64,000 bases of DNA, taken from the NCBI GenBank assembly GCA_963718615.1, contig OY970368.1:2848001-2912000 (forward strand), read 5' to 3'. The notes under the pieces were generated by a model, which was given only the letters and a program-made list of their open reading frames with translations, ran no database searches and had not been told where the DNA came from. Below are positions 22,047 to 33,002 of the stretch, one piece after another. Every line of letters starts with the position of its first letter. The stretch's first letter is position 1. Origin of the DNA: an uncultured cyanobacterium (lineage in GTDB: Bacteria; Cyanobacteriota; Cyanobacteriia; PCC-9006; JAAUQQ01). A program made the position numbers and the translations under genes.

Positions 22047-22062
22047 GCTGCCTCGTTAACGG

Positions 22063-23388
22063 CTAGTTCGACGGCATCTCAATCCGCTCAATCCGAGCAC
22101 CCAGCCGCCGCAGTTTTTCATCCAAGTGTTCATAGCCCCGATCCAAGTGGCGAAGCTGCTGCACCGTGGTTTTACCCTGGGCTGCAAGTCCGGCTAAGAC
22201 CAAAGCAGCCGAAGCCCGCAAGTCCGTGGCCATGACAGGCGCACCCGAAAGGAAAGGCATGCCGCGAACGATCGCCATATTTCCCTTCGCCTTAATATCA
22301 GCCCCCATGCGCTGGAGCTCCGCCACATGCTGCAGGCGGTTTTCAAACATCATCTCGGTGATGACGCTATTGCCATCGGCCAACGTCAGCAAGGCCATAA
22401 ACTGGGCCTGCATATCCGTCGGGAACCCAGGAAATGGCATGGTCTTAATATCCGTGGCCTGATAGGTATCCGCTGGAATAATCCGCAGGCTATCTGAACC
22501 TTCAATGCGAAGCTGACACCCCACCGCTTCCAGCTTGGCAATCACTGCCGTTAGGTGTTCGGGCACCACCGATTGCAGCACGAGCTCTGAACGGGTAATC
22601 GCTCCGGCAATTAAAAACGTTCCGGCTTCAATGCGGTCCGGAATAATGCTCCACTCAGCCCCATGAAGTTTGGGAACCCCAGAAATGACAATCGTGTTAG
22701 TTCCTGCCCCTTGAATCTGAGCCCCCATGGCGCAGCAGAAATTGGCAAGGTCAATGACTTCCGGCTCTTGGGCCGCATTTTCAATGATGGTTTCTCCCTC
22801 GGCCAGGGTCGCCGCCATCATCAAGGTTTCCGTCGCCCCCACGCTAGGGCAATCCAAATAGATTTTTGCCCCCTTCAAGCGCCGACCCGCACCCTTCACC
22901 GAAGCCTTGACCACCCCATGTTCAATCTGAACATGGGCTCCCATCGCCTGTAGCCCCCGGACATGGAGCTCCACCGGACGCGCACCAATGGCACAGCCAC
23001 CGGGCAAGGGAATCTTCACTTCACCCAGGCGAGACAACAGAGGACCAATGGCAAAAAAGCTTGCTCGCAGACGACTGACCAGTTCGTAGGGCGCTTCAGA
23101 TTCACCCACATGGCTGGCATTGATCTCTAGGCAATGGCCCTTGTGATCAACGCTAACCCCCAGCGCCTTTAGAATTTCAGCCATATTGCTGATATCTGCC
23201 AGTTGAGGCACATTGGTGATCCGACAAGTATCGGCACACAGCAACGTCCCGGCCATAATGACCAGGGCCGAATTTTTGGCACCACTAATGGGAACGTGGC
23301 CACTGAGGGTTTGCCCTCCCCAAATTTCAAGGGCGGAGCGATCGTCTTGAGCGACAGCCTGAGTCGCCGGATGGAAAGCAAGAGTAAT
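22063..23388 (-). CDS. murA: UDP-N-acetylglucosamine 1-carboxyvinyltransferase (probable ATT start at 23388)
   Basis: [12 protein letters not shown] catalytic loop, [27 protein letters not shown]; the conserved [13 protein letters not shown] lies upstream of the first ATG (23256). Confidence 0.95.
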   Translation of the reverse strand: MTLAFHPATQAVAQDDRSALEIWGGQTLSGHVPISGAKNSALVIMAGTLLCADTCRITNVPQLADISNMAEILKALGVSVDHKGHCLEINASHVGESEAPYELVSRLRASFFAIGPLLSRLGEVKIPLPGGCAIGARPVELHVRGLQAMGAHVQIEHGVVKASVKGAGRRLKGAKIYLDCPSVGATETLMMAATLAEGETIIENAAQEPEVIDLANFCCAMGAQIQGAGTNTIVISGVPKLHGAEWSIIPDRIEAGTFLIAGAITRSELVLQSVVPEHLTAVIAKLEAVGCQLRIEGSDSLRIIPADTYQATDIKTMPFPGFPTDMQAQFMALLTLADGNSVITEMMFENRLQHVAELQRMGADIKAKGNMAIVRGMPFLSGAPVMATDLRASAALVLAGLAAQGKTTVQQLRHLDRGYEHLDEKLRRLGARIERIEMPSN

Positions 23389-23833
23389 GGTCCTGTCCTC
23401 CTAGGAATTTCGGAATGAATTCGGAATGAATGGAGTGGGGCAGCCTTAGCATGGCAACGGTTTCGCCCAGAAGCTTAGGGAGTGGCTACCGGCACATTGA
23501 GACACAGCGATGCGCGAGTTTGGCTGAAGTTCTACAGCAAAATTAATGCGCATGAGCAGCAACTTTACCCCATTTTTGCGGGAATTTGCTACGGGTAATT
23601 GATTCATCCCTGGCTCTCTCTAGCCTTGTCTCAATTTATCGTTATTAAATTTCTGATTTCAGTCGTTCAGGTCACTGAAAACCGAAGAAAAGCCAAAGAT
23701 CAAAAAAATAGAAACAATTTAGTTGACGAATGTTCAGCATTGCGGAATGATAATAAGTCGCTGGCCTCAAGCGTTGTTTCGAGCGTTTCCTCTCCTCAAC
23801 CCTTGATGTCAAGCACTCTCAAACCAGATGCAA

Positions 23834-23917
23834 GCGGAACTGGCGGAATTGGTAGACGCGCTAGATTCAGGTTCTAGTGTCTTCACGGACTTCCGGGTTC
23901 AAGTCCCGGGTTCCGCA
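23834..23917 (+). tRNA. trnL-CAG: tRNA-Leu (anticodon CAG)
   Basis: Acceptor stem GCGGAAC/GTTCCGC, D-loop GGAATTGGTAGAC, anticodon arm CTAGA-TTCAGGT-TCTAG, long variable arm, GGTTCAAGTCC T-arm; CCA not encoded. Confidence 0.97.
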
Positions 23918-23984
23918 TCTGAAAATAGAAAAGAGTCGGTTCTGCCATAGGCAGTTGTGAAATAGATAGTCAGGACCTAGGCGA

Positions 23985-24806
23985 GTGACTCCAGAACTGA
24001 TTACCAGTCGGCGCAATCCCCTGGTGAAAAGGTTGCGATCGCTCCACCAGGCCAAAGGTCGAGAGCAAGAACAACGGCTTTTGCTGGAAGGGACAAATCT
24101 GCTGGTAGAAGCCTTGCGAGCTCATTTTCCCTTGGAAACGGTTTGTTATACCTCAGCATGGACCGCCCGTCAGCCGGAATTGAGCCAGCAATTGCAGCGG
24201 CAGTTCGAGGCGCAAAGCCTGCGATTGGTGGAAGTGAGTGAGGAAGTGCTGGGGGCGATCGCCACCACCCAAGCCCCCGATGGCATTGTCGCCGTCGCAC
24301 CCCGTCAAACCTGCCATCAACCTCAATTTCCCTGCTCCCTCGCCGTAGCGGTCGAAACGCTTCAGGATCCAGGCAATCTGGGCACCATCATTCGCACCGC
24401 AGCCGCGACGGACGTGGCGGGACTCTGGCTCAGTCAGGACAGTGTCGCCTTTGATCATCCCAAAGTCCTTCGAGCCTCAGCGGGGCAGTGGTTTCAGTTG
24501 CCCCTGGCGGTGAGTACAGACTTAACCCAAACCCTGCGTCAGGCCAAGGCCACGGGAATGCAGGTGGTGGCGACGTTACCGACTGCGGAGAAAGCCCATT
24601 GGGATTTGGACTGGACCCAGCCAAGTTTGATTGTCTTGGGTAATGAAGGAGCTGGGCTGTCGGACGCAGTGGCTGCGCTAGCGGATACTCAGGTGCAAAT
24701 CCCCCTCTGGCGCGGGGTGGAATCCCTGAATGTGGCTATTTCGTTGGCGGTCTTGCTCTATGAAGCTCAGCGTCAGCGCCGCCCGGAAGCGAACCGCCCG
24801 TACTAG
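23985..24806 (+). CDS. TrmH/SpoU family RNA methyltransferase
   Basis: ITSRRNPLVK, QDPGNLGTIIRTA, LGNEGAGL, VESLNVAIS. Confidence 0.93.
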   Translation: MTPELITSRRNPLVKRLRSLHQAKGREQEQRLLLEGTNLLVEALRAHFPLETVCYTSAWTARQPELSQQLQRQFEAQSLRLVEVSEEVLGAIATTQAPDGIVAVAPRQTCHQPQFPCSLAVAVETLQDPGNLGTIIRTAAATDVAGLWLSQDSVAFDHPKVLRASAGQWFQLPLAVSTDLTQTLRQAKATGMQVVATLPTAEKAHWDLDWTQPSLIVLGNEGAGLSDAVAALADTQVQIPLWRGVESLNVAISLAVLLYEAQRQRRPEANRPY

Positions 24807-24841
24807 AATAAGGTCTGGGAATTTTCCGTTGGGAGTAGGCT

Positions 24842-26284
24842 GTGACTCAGTTTGATTACGATTTGGTGATTATTGGCGCGGGGGTGGGGGGCCACGGTGC
24901 TGCGCTCCATGCCGTGAGCTGTGGACTGAAAACAGCCATTGTCGAAGCCGCCGACATGGGCGGAACCTGTGTCAATCGCGGCTGTATTCCTTCAAAGGCA
25001 CTGCTGGCGGCCTCTGGGAAAGTTCGCGAACTGCGGAATGCTGAGCATTTGCAGGCCATGGGCATTGCCGTGGGGGAGGTGCAGTTTGAGCGGCAGGCGA
25101 TCGCCGACCATGCCCATAGCGTCGTCACCAAACAGCGGGAGGGCTTGATCGGTAGCCTCAAGCGACTAGGGGTGGATGTGATCCACGGGTGGGGCAGCGT
25201 TGCCGAGGTGCAAAAGGTCAAGGTGTCTGGGGAGGGGGGCGATCGCCTGATCACCGCCAAAGATATTCTCCTGGCTCCCGGCTCGATTCCCTTCGTTCCC
25301 CCTGGTGCCGAAATCGACGGCAAAACCGTATTTACCAGCGACCACGCGGTCAAATTAGAAAGCCTGCCGGACTGGATCGCGATTATTGGCAGCGGCTACA
25401 TTGGCTTGGAATTTGCCGATGTTTATTCAGCCCTGGGCTGTGAAATTACGCTGATCGAAGCCTTAGATAAGCTGATGCCCGGTTTTGACCCGGATATTGC
25501 CAAGGTGGCGGAGCGATCGCTCCTAGTCTCCCGCGACATCGAAACCTACAAGGGTGTGTTTGCAACAAAAATCACCCCCGGCTCCCCGGTCACCATCGAA
25601 CTCACTGATGCCCAAACCAAAGAAGTCGTAGAAGTCCTGGAAGTCGATGCCTGTCTAATTGCCACGGGCCGAATTCCGGTGGCGAAAAACATGGGCCTAG
25701 AAGAACTGGGCGTGGATTTGGGCCGTCGCGGCTTTATTCCGGTGAATGACCACCTTGGCGTCACCCAGGCCGATGGCGAAACGGTTCCCCACCTCTGGGC
25801 CATTGGCGATGCCACGGGCAAACTGATGCTGGCCCATACGGCCTCGGCTCAAGGGGTAGCTGTCGTGGAGACGATTTGCGATCGCCCCCGCACCGTCGAC
25901 TACAACATCATCCCCGCAGCCGCCTTCACCCATCCTGAAGTGAGTTTTGTGGGGTTGACGGAACCCGCAGCCAAGGAAAAGGGCAAGGAAGAGGGCTTTG
26001 AGGTCAAGGCTGTGCGGACCTACTTCAAGGGAAATGCCAAGGCGATCGCCGAGGGCGAAACCGACGGCATGGCCAAGCTGATTTTTCGGCCCGATACTGG
26101 CGAAATCCTTGGGGTACACATTTTTGGTCTCCACGCGGCGGACCTGATCCAAGAAGCCGCCAACGCCATGGGCCAAAAGGTCCCGGTCACCGACCTGGCC
26201 TTCTCCGTCCACACCCACCCAACCCTCTCGGAAGTCCTGGACGAAGCCTTTAAACGCGCCGCCGGGGCAGGAGCGGGCCACTAA
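24842..26284 (+). CDS. lpdA: Dihydrolipoyl dehydrogenase (E3)
   Basis: GAGVGG, redox disulfide [29 protein letters not shown]. Confidence 0.96.
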   Translation: MTQFDYDLVIIGAGVGGHGAALHAVSCGLKTAIVEAADMGGTCVNRGCIPSKALLAASGKVRELRNAEHLQAMGIAVGEVQFERQAIADHAHSVVTKQREGLIGSLKRLGVDVIHGWGSVAEVQKVKVSGEGGDRLITAKDILLAPGSIPFVPPGAEIDGKTVFTSDHAVKLESLPDWIAIIGSGYIGLEFADVYSALGCEITLIEALDKLMPGFDPDIAKVAERSLLVSRDIETYKGVFATKITPGSPVTIELTDAQTKEVVEVLEVDACLIATGRIPVAKNMGLEELGVDLGRRGFIPVNDHLGVTQADGETVPHLWAIGDATGKLMLAHTASAQGVAVVETICDRPRTVDYNIIPAAAFTHPEVSFVGLTEPAAKEKGKEEGFEVKAVRTYFKGNAKAIAEGETDGMAKLIFRPDTGEILGVHIFGLHAADLIQEAANAMGQKVPVTDLAFSVHTHPTLSEVLDEAFKRAAGAGAGH

Positions 26285-27162
26285 TGCTGATCCGTCGTCG
26301 TCCGCCCAATCCGGCGGTTCGCGTCGCCAACATGGACTATAAAACCTGCATGGCCGACGCCGAGCCGGACAATATCCTTGAAGAAATTGTTTGGCATAAG
26401 GAATACGAAGTCGCTGTCCTGCGGGAACAAACGCCCTTGGCCAAGCTCAAGCCGCTGGTGGCCGCCCAGGCCGCTCCCCTGGATTTTGTAGCACGGTTGC
26501 GGCAGGCTCCCACGACCCCAGCCGTGATTGCGGAAGTGAAAAAGGCATCGCCCAGCAAAGGGGTGTTTCGGGAAGATTTTGACCCGGTGGCGATCGCCCA
26601 AGCCTACGCCGCCAACGGAGCCGCCTGTTTGTCGGTGTTAACCGATCGCAAATTCTTCCAGGGCAGTTTTGAAAACCTCGGCCTCGTCCGCCAAGCCGTT
26701 GAGCTCCCGCTGCTCTGCAAAGACTTCGTGCTGTATCCCTACCAGATCTATTTGGCGCGCGCCTACGGAGCCGATGCGGTTTTGCTGATTGCGGCGGTGC
26801 TGTCGGATCAAGATTTGCAATACTTCCTTAAAATTGTCCACAGCCTCGCCATGAATGCCCTGATCGAAGTCCATACCGCCCAGGAACTAGAGCGAGTCCT
26901 CGCCTTGGACGGTGTAAGACTGATCGGCATCAACAACCGCAACCTCAAAACCTTCCAGACCAGCCTCGACAACACCTGTGGTCTCATGGACCAATATCGC
27001 AGCCGCCTCCAGGACATTCTGGTCGTCAGCGAGTCTGGAATTCATGGCCCAGACGATCTGCAAACCGTCCTTCACGCGGGGGCCGAAGCGGTGCTCGTCG
27101 GTGAATCCCTGGTCCGCCAGCCTGACCCTGGCTTAGCACTGCGGACGCTGACGCAAGCTTAG
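26284..27162 (+). CDS. trpC: Indole-3-glycerol phosphate synthase
   Basis: [43 protein letters not shown]; TAATG coupling to lpdA. Confidence 0.96.
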   Translation: MLIRRRPPNPAVRVANMDYKTCMADAEPDNILEEIVWHKEYEVAVLREQTPLAKLKPLVAAQAAPLDFVARLRQAPTTPAVIAEVKKASPSKGVFREDFDPVAIAQAYAANGAACLSVLTDRKFFQGSFENLGLVRQAVELPLLCKDFVLYPYQIYLARAYGADAVLLIAAVLSDQDLQYFLKIVHSLAMNALIEVHTAQELERVLALDGVRLIGINNRNLKTFQTSLDNTCGLMDQYRSRLQDILVVSESGIHGPDDLQTVLHAGAEAVLVGESLVRQPDPGLALRTLTQA

Positions 27163-27341
27163 GGGTTGTGGCCCAATTGCATCGAGTGTATCGGTTCTAT
27201 CCCGCACCCTAGAATAAGATGGTAGGGTAATGGGATGGCAGCTTTTGGGGCGATCGCCTCTGAGGCACTGCTTCTTTAGCGACCTGTGTTTCCCGAGAGA
27301 TGTTTTGGATAGCTGCTCATTCTATAGAGGTACTGGAAACC

Positions 27342-27596
27342 GTGGATCCGATCCCCTTGCCCTCGGCGATTCACTATGAAGTTCCGTTACAGCTCCTGGA
27401 ACAGCAAACCTTGCGAGCAGTATCCCAGCGTCCGGCCCAACGACAATTGGTGAATGAGTTGGTCATCACCTTGCGCAAGGCTTTGGCGCTGCAAAGACGG
27501 ATCGAAGAAAGCTGTACTCAAGAGCGACTGGCCATTGAGTATCGTTGGTCACCTGAAAACTCCCGAATGAATTCAACTCAGGCTCCTAAGGCATAA
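27342..27596 (+). CDS. Small cyanobacterial protein, probably DUF5340 family
   Basis: PIPLPSAIHYE..LQLLEQQT..ELVITLRKALALQRRIEESC..EYRWS; GTG start chosen; family name from recall. Confidence 0.7.
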   Translation: MDPIPLPSAIHYEVPLQLLEQQTLRAVSQRPAQRQLVNELVITLRKALALQRRIEESCTQERLAIEYRWSPENSRMNSTQAPKA

Positions 27597-27641
27597 TAAG
27601 AACAGGAAACAGAGTCCGTTCAGTGTTTCTCTCTAGGATGT

Positions 27642-28982
27642 TTGTCTCTAGGATGCCCTGTTCCGACAATCCCTGCTGTTAGCCCACAAGGTCCTCACCC
27701 TCTGCCTGCTCCCTCAAGGGTCGGGTATAACGGTCGGGTCTTTCAGTCCCGTTGGAGTTCTCCAGTGCCATCGCCGAATTCTAATGTGCCCCCAGCCCCT
27801 TTGAGTCAGCTTGAGCCGGTTGATCTGGTGCAGGCGTTAAACAGCCTGCGTCATCAGCTTGATAGCTTTCAGAGGCAAGTGCAGCATCAGGTGCAGGTGC
27901 ATCCGATGGAAGACAGTGGTGCTGATTTTGAAGGGGGTGACGCAACTCTAGATTGGGATGGGGTGACGGCGTTTTTAATGCAGCAGCAAATTGACCTCGC
28001 CCAGGTTCACACTCAAGTCGAATTGCTGGAACAGGCGCGATCGCACCAACAATCCCGCCAAAAACAGCATCAAGGTGAAACTTTTTCTGACCTAGAGGCG
28101 ATCGCGACCTCCCAAATCCAGCAGGTACGGTTGTTGCAAAGCCAGATCGCCCGCGATCGCCTAGAACGACGCAGCCAACGCAGGATTGTGGATAACCAGG
28201 TGGCGGCACTCCAGGCCACCCTCGCCGAGAAAGATGCCCAGATTTTGGCCCTAGAGGCTCAAGCCTTTGAAGCCAGAACCCTCGCCGTCAGCCTCAATGC
28301 CCAGCGTCAAGCGGCCCAGGAAACCATCGAGCAGCTCCAGGACGCACTCAATCGACGCCGAACCGAACTGGCTGAAATCACCGCCGAGCGGGAAACCTGG
28401 CAAACGAGCTTGGAAGAGCAGCAAACACTAGCAACCGCCCAAACCAAAACTCTGACGGCATTACAGCGGGAATTGGCGATCGCCCAAACCACCATCGAAG
28501 CCCTCGAAAGCCAAATTCTCCATAAAAACCGGCAAAGTCTCGGCCTGCAACAATTGCGCTACGAATCCGAGCTACAACGGGGCCAGGAACAACAGCGCTA
28601 TCAACAGATCGACGTCCAATTGCGAGAATACCAAACCCAGATTTTGCAACAGATTGAGCAGCTGCGATCGCTCGAAACCCAAGTTCAAGACTGGCGGACG
28701 CGATCGCTCATGAGCGAGCATCAACTCCAAAATATCCGCGACTGGGTTGACCAAATGGCAAAGCATCAGCCTCAAGCCCTTCCCGCAGCCCTCCGCGAAC
28801 TCTTGGACCCACTAGATCCCCTTCCAGTCTCTCATCGCCCAAGGCTCGATCCCTCAAACAGCCCAGAACAAAACCAATCTCAATCCCAATCTCAATCCCA
28901 GCCCCCATCTCAATTGTCCCCCCATCACTCCCCCACCCCTCACAAACCCCTTCACCTCGACCTACCCAAATTTTCCCCCTAA
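27642..28982 (+). CDS. Long coiled-coil hypothetical protein
   Basis: Q/E/L-rich heptad region, low-complexity SQSQ linker and C-terminal LDLPKF; start uncertain. Confidence 0.7.
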   Translation: MSLGCPVPTIPAVSPQGPHPLPAPSRVGYNGRVFQSRWSSPVPSPNSNVPPAPLSQLEPVDLVQALNSLRHQLDSFQRQVQHQVQVHPMEDSGADFEGGDATLDWDGVTAFLMQQQIDLAQVHTQVELLEQARSHQQSRQKQHQGETFSDLEAIATSQIQQVRLLQSQIARDRLERRSQRRIVDNQVAALQATLAEKDAQILALEAQAFEARTLAVSLNAQRQAAQETIEQLQDALNRRRTELAEITAERETWQTSLEEQQTLATAQTKTLTALQRELAIAQTTIEALESQILHKNRQSLGLQQLRYESELQRGQEQQRYQQIDVQLREYQTQILQQIEQLRSLETQVQDWRTRSLMSEHQLQNIRDWVDQMAKHQPQALPAALRELLDPLDPLPVSHRPRLDPSNSPEQNQSQSQSQSQPPSQLSPHHSPTPHKPLHLDLPKFSP

Positions 28983-28997
28983 CGCCCGTGATACCCA

Positions 28998-29987
28998 ATG
29001 AATGCGGTTGACTACCTGCGCATTAGTCTGATTGACCGCTGCAACTTCCGCTGTCTCTATTGCATGCCCTCGGAGGCGGAGTTGGACTATGTGTTGCAGC
29101 AGAATCTTTTGACCCAGGCAGAACTGCTTCAGCTGTTGCGTGAAGTCTTTATTCCCAATGGTTTTACGCGGTTTCGCCTGACGGGCGGTGAACCTCTCCT
29201 GCGCCCCGGCGTGGTTGAGCTAGTGGCTGCCATCTGCCAACTGCCTGAAACCCAAGATTTAGCCCTGACCACCAACGCTTTTTTGCTTGCCGGTCTGGCC
29301 CAGGATCTCTACAATGCCGGACTGCGGCGGATCAATATCAGCCTCGACTCCCTCGACCCAGACATTTTTGGCAAAATCGTCGGTGACACCGGACAAAAAC
29401 GCTGGCAGCAGGTTTGGGCCGGGATTCAAGCCGCCCATGCCGTGGGGTTTGCTCCCCTCAAGCTCAATGTTGTGGTCATCCCCGGTGTCAATGACCACGA
29501 AGTTTTAGACCTAGCGGCGCTGACGATCGATCGCCACTGGCATATCCGCTTCATCGAATTTATGCCCATTGGCAACGGAGCTCTATTTGGCGATCGCGGC
29601 TGGCTCCCCTCGGAAACGATCCGACAGCAAATTCGCGATCGCTGGGGTCTCGACACAGGTCATGTTCGGGGTAACGGTCCCGCCAATGTGTTTCAAATCC
29701 CTGGCGCGAAGGGCACGGTTGGGTTTATTAGCCAAATGTCCGAATGTTTTTGCGATCGCTGCAACCGCATGCGCCTCTCCGCCGATGGCTGGCTGCGGCC
29801 CTGTTTGCTCAATGAAGAGGGGCAAATTGATTTGAAAACTGCGTTACGCGAAGGGTGGCCCACGGAGATCTTGCGCGATCGCGTTCGAGATCTGTTGCTG
29901 CTCAAACCAGAAATTAACTACAAAGAACGAGACTCAGGCACGGCTGAGGGGATCTATCGCCGGACCATGTCCCAGATCGGCGGCTAG
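28998..29987 (+). CDS. moaA: GTP 3',8-cyclase MoaA
   Basis: [17 protein letters not shown] radical SAM motif, C-terminal [11 protein letters not shown] cluster and MSQIGG terminus. Confidence 0.96.
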   Translation: MNAVDYLRISLIDRCNFRCLYCMPSEAELDYVLQQNLLTQAELLQLLREVFIPNGFTRFRLTGGEPLLRPGVVELVAAICQLPETQDLALTTNAFLLAGLAQDLYNAGLRRINISLDSLDPDIFGKIVGDTGQKRWQQVWAGIQAAHAVGFAPLKLNVVVIPGVNDHEVLDLAALTIDRHWHIRFIEFMPIGNGALFGDRGWLPSETIRQQIRDRWGLDTGHVRGNGPANVFQIPGAKGTVGFISQMSECFCDRCNRMRLSADGWLRPCLLNEEGQIDLKTALREGWPTEILRDRVRDLLLLKPEINYKERDSGTAEGIYRRTMSQIGG

Positions 29988-30083
29988 AAATCTGAGCCAC
30001 GGGTTGTTCAAAATCGCTCCAGGGATGGCGCAAAATTTCTCAGTGCCCTATGATTTGAAATGTTCAATCTAAAATAGAAAAAT

Positions 30084-30101
30084 CATAGATAAAAGTCTAT
30101 G
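30084..30101. promoter_or_regulatory. NdhR/CcmR-type LysR binding site upstream of the mrp operon
   Basis: CATAG-ATAAAAGT-CTATG contains ATAG-N8-CTAT, about 170 bp upstream of mrpC. Confidence 0.6.
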
Positions 30102-30273
30102 CTTTGATAAAGCCTTCTCTAGGCAAAAATTCAATCCCTGTGTTTCTTGGGATTTGGATCATTGTCCTGATTTTGGTTTTGCCTATTCTGGTCTTGTTTT
30201 TGTGGTCTTGTCTTTTGTGGTCTTGTCTTTTGTCGTTGCATCTGTGTCGTGACAGCACAGATTTTTGCCAACC

Positions 30274-30621
30274 ATGTCAATTCTTGAAGCCTGTATCTTT
30301 GCCACGGTGCTCTGCGGTTTTTTCGGCATCATTCTGAAACGGAATGTGATGATGAAAATCATTGCCATGGACGTGATGAGTACCGGGGTGATTGCCTACT
30401 ACGTTTTGGTTGCCTCCCGTGAGGGGGTGTTTACGCCGATTGCCTCTACGGCCCCTATCCCTGGAGTGAATTATGCCGATCCGGTTCCTCAGGCCGTCAT
30501 TTTGACCGCGATTGTCATTGGCTTTTCGATCCAGGCGCTCATGCTCGTAGGTGTGATGAAATTGGCCCAGGATTATCCCACCTTAGAAATTGACGAAATT
30601 GAGCGACAGAATCAGCCATGA
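30274..30621 (+). CDS. mrpC: Multicomponent Na+/H+ antiporter subunit C
   Basis: ADPVPQAVILTAIVIGF motif; three TM segments. Confidence 0.9.
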   Translation: MSILEACIFATVLCGFFGIILKRNVMMKIIAMDVMSTGVIAYYVLVASREGVFTPIASTAPIPGVNYADPVPQAVILTAIVIGFSIQALMLVGVMKLAQDYPTLEIDEIERQNQP

Positions 30622-32057
30622 ATACGGTCATAAATAACGTCACAATTGCTTGGATCGCCTTACCCTTTATGGCTGGATTTACCAGCTATCTTTTGCCTCG
30701 ATTGGATCGGGCGATCGCCCTCAGTGTCACCCTCCTTTCCTTGACCTATGGTCTACTGCAATTTGTAAATCCTGCTTCTACAACGCTACAGTTGCTGGAC
30801 CATTTCAGCGTCACCTTGGTGATTGATTCCCTGAGTGGGTATTTCATTCTCACCAATGCAATCGTCACATTGGCTGTCGTTATCTACTGTTGGCCCAGTA
30901 CTAAAAGCGCTTTTTTCTATACTCAGACAATCATTTTGCATGGCAGTGTCAATGCTGTGTTTATCTGTGCAGATTTTATCAGTCTGTACGTGGCCCTAGA
31001 GGTCATTAGTATTGCCGCGTTCTTGTTGATTGCCTATCCCCGTACGAATCGCTCCATCTGGGTGGGATTGCGCTATCTCTTCGTCAGCAACACGGCCATG
31101 CTGTTCTACTTAATCGGAGCCGTACTGATTTATCAAACGAACCATTCCTTTGCCTTTGCGGGTATTGAAACTGCACCACCGGAGGCGATCGCTCTGATTT
31201 TTCTAGGCTTACTCACCAAGGGTGGCATTTTTGTTTCCGGTCTTTGGCTACCCTTAACCCACTCCGAAGCAGATACACCCGTTTCTGCCTTTCTGTCTGG
31301 GGTTGTTGTGAAAACAGGCATTTTCCCGCTGATTCGCTTTGCCTTGATTGCTGAAGCCATCGATCCAGTGGTCCGGCTCTTGGGGGTGAGCACAGCCCTG
31401 TTAGGGGTTAGCTATGCCATCTTTGAAAAAGATACTAAGCGCATGCTGGCTTTGAGCACTGTTTCTCAATTAGGATTTGTGCTAGCTGCGCCGGAAGTGG
31501 GAGGGTTTTATGCTTTAACCCATGGATTGGTCAAATCAGCGCTGTTTTTGATTGCGGGTAATCTCCCCAGTCGCAATTTCAAAGATCTCAAGCAGACACC
31601 CCTCCCAACCTCGATTTGGGTGGCGTTGGCGATCGCCAGTTTTTCCATTTCAGGCTTTCCCTTACTCTCAGGATTTGGAGCTAAAGTGCTGACCATGAAA
31701 AATCTCTTGCCTTGGCAGATCATGGCCATGAATCTTGCAGCCTTAGGCACAGCAATTGCCTTTGGGAAATTGATATTTCTGCCCCGTGGTGGGGAAGGAA
31801 AACTGACCTCTAGCTTCTGGATCGCGATGGTTGTTTTGTTAGGAGGATTGGTTCTCGCAAACGGTATTTATTACGAAGCCTATACCCCAGCCAATATCGC
31901 TAAACCTCTTGCAACAATTGCCTTAGGTTGGTTGATCTACGGGGTTATCATTCGTCACTTAACGGTTAAGCTACCCCAGCTTCTAGAAAGATTTGAACAC
32001 CAGATCGGAGTCATGACCGTGATGTTAACACTAGTCTTTTGGATGGTGTTAACATGA
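30618..32057 (+). CDS. mrpD: Multicomponent Na+/H+ antiporter subunit D (NuoM/N-like)
   Basis: LYVALEV, LWLPLTHSEA.TPVSAFLSG, KRMLALSTVSQLG, HGLVKSALF. Confidence 0.88.
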   Translation: MNTVINNVTIAWIALPFMAGFTSYLLPRLDRAIALSVTLLSLTYGLLQFVNPASTTLQLLDHFSVTLVIDSLSGYFILTNAIVTLAVVIYCWPSTKSAFFYTQTIILHGSVNAVFICADFISLYVALEVISIAAFLLIAYPRTNRSIWVGLRYLFVSNTAMLFYLIGAVLIYQTNHSFAFAGIETAPPEAIALIFLGLLTKGGIFVSGLWLPLTHSEADTPVSAFLSGVVVKTGIFPLIRFALIAEAIDPVVRLLGVSTALLGVSYAIFEKDTKRMLALSTVSQLGFVLAAPEVGGFYALTHGLVKSALFLIAGNLPSRNFKDLKQTPLPTSIWVALAIASFSISGFPLLSGFGAKVLTMKNLLPWQIMAMNLAALGTAIAFGKLIFLPRGGEGKLTSSFWIAMVVLLGGLVLANGIYYEAYTPANIAKPLATIALGWLIYGVIIRHLTVKLPQLLERFEHQIGVMTVMLTLVFWMVLT

Positions 32058-32467
32058 TGCGACTTCTCGACTTGAGCTTGCGATTAACCATTTGGTTTTT
32101 GCTGACCGCCGATGGGAGTCCTGCGAATCTGATTATCGGTGTTTGTGTTGCCTTGCTGTTGCCCAGTCGCCCCCAATCCCTGGTCCAATCAGGAGCTGTG
32201 ATCAGAGATGGTTTGCAGATTTTGGTGAAGATTCTTCTGGCTATTCCTCAAGCCTATTGGGAGGCGATCGAAATGATCCTGTATCCCCATAAACAAGAGG
32301 CGATCGCCCTGGAACGGGTCAAATCCCAGAGAACAGCAGGACTGATTTTCTTGGATATTTTTCTGATTACCTTTACGCCGAAAACGATTGTGGTGAAATA
32401 CCACGAAGCAGGGTGGTATGAGGTGCATCGAGTAGAAAGACGGGGAGGTCGTCGAGGCAGCTTATGA
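32054..32467 (+). CDS. mrpE: Na+/H+ antiporter subunit E
   Basis: IWFLLT..NLIIG, ITFTPKTIVV..EVH; ATGA overlap with mrpD. Confidence 0.82.
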   Translation: MMRLLDLSLRLTIWFLLTADGSPANLIIGVCVALLLPSRPQSLVQSGAVIRDGLQILVKILLAIPQAYWEAIEMILYPHKQEAIALERVKSQRTAGLIFLDIFLITFTPKTIVVKYHEAGWYEVHRVERRGGRRGSL

Positions 32468-32715
32468 ACTGGATTATGATGTTGATGCTTTTGTCGTTAT
32501 TAATTCCTATTTTTGAGGCGTTACAAGATGAGGATATTTGGCAGAAGCTGCTGGCCTTTGCCAGTGTTTCGACGAAAACATCCATTATGATTTTGGTAAT
32601 TTCGGTGGCGAGAGATGACTGGATGATTGGCGTAGTCGGCGTTTTGATCTTGAGTGTGGGGAATGCGGCACTGATGCTATTGGCCCATGTATTAAGACGG
32701 ATGAGTGAACGATGA
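32464..32715 (+). CDS. mrpF: Na+/H+ antiporter subunit F-like
   Basis: 83-aa three-TM protein coupled between mrpE and mrpG. Confidence 0.7.
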   Translation: MNWIMMLMLLSLLIPIFEALQDEDIWQKLLAFASVSTKTSIMILVISVARDDWMIGVVGVLILSVGNAALMLLAHVLRRMSER

Positions 32716-33002
32716 TGGATAGTCTATCTCAAGGTTTAAGCTACGGTTTGATGGGGATTGGATTGTTTTTTTGGTTTTGGGGAACCGTGCCGCTTTTGGG
32801 CGATCGCTCTCTACTGTTCAAACTCCACAGTCTCTCGATTGCCGACACCTTAGGCTCCATGAGCATTATCTTGGGCCTCCTTCTCAAAATTCCCCGAGAA
32901 TGGCCACTGCTCCTCCTCGCTCTAATCTCCCTGGCAATCTGGAATACGATTTTAGGATATGTTTTGGCCTATTGCTCAAGCCGTGGAAATGCCAATGATT
33001 GA
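32712..33002 (+). CDS. mrpG: Na+/H+ antiporter subunit G
   Basis: KLHSLSIADTLG motif; three TM segments. Confidence 0.85.
   Translation: MMDSLSQGLSYGLMGIGLFFWFWGTVPLLGDRSLLFKLHSLSIADTLGSMSIILGLLLKIPREWPLLLLALISLAIWNTILGYVLAYCSSRGNAND

Noticed and set aside
23723-23754. Sigma70 promoter for tRNA-Leu (TTGACG ... GATAAT)
   Set aside because: The 20-nt spacing is atypical, so it cannot be called without TSS data.
23834-23917. tRNA-Leu as an integration site for an island
   Set aside because: It is flanked by core genes (murA, trmH-like), and I saw no duplicated tRNA 3' end or integrase.
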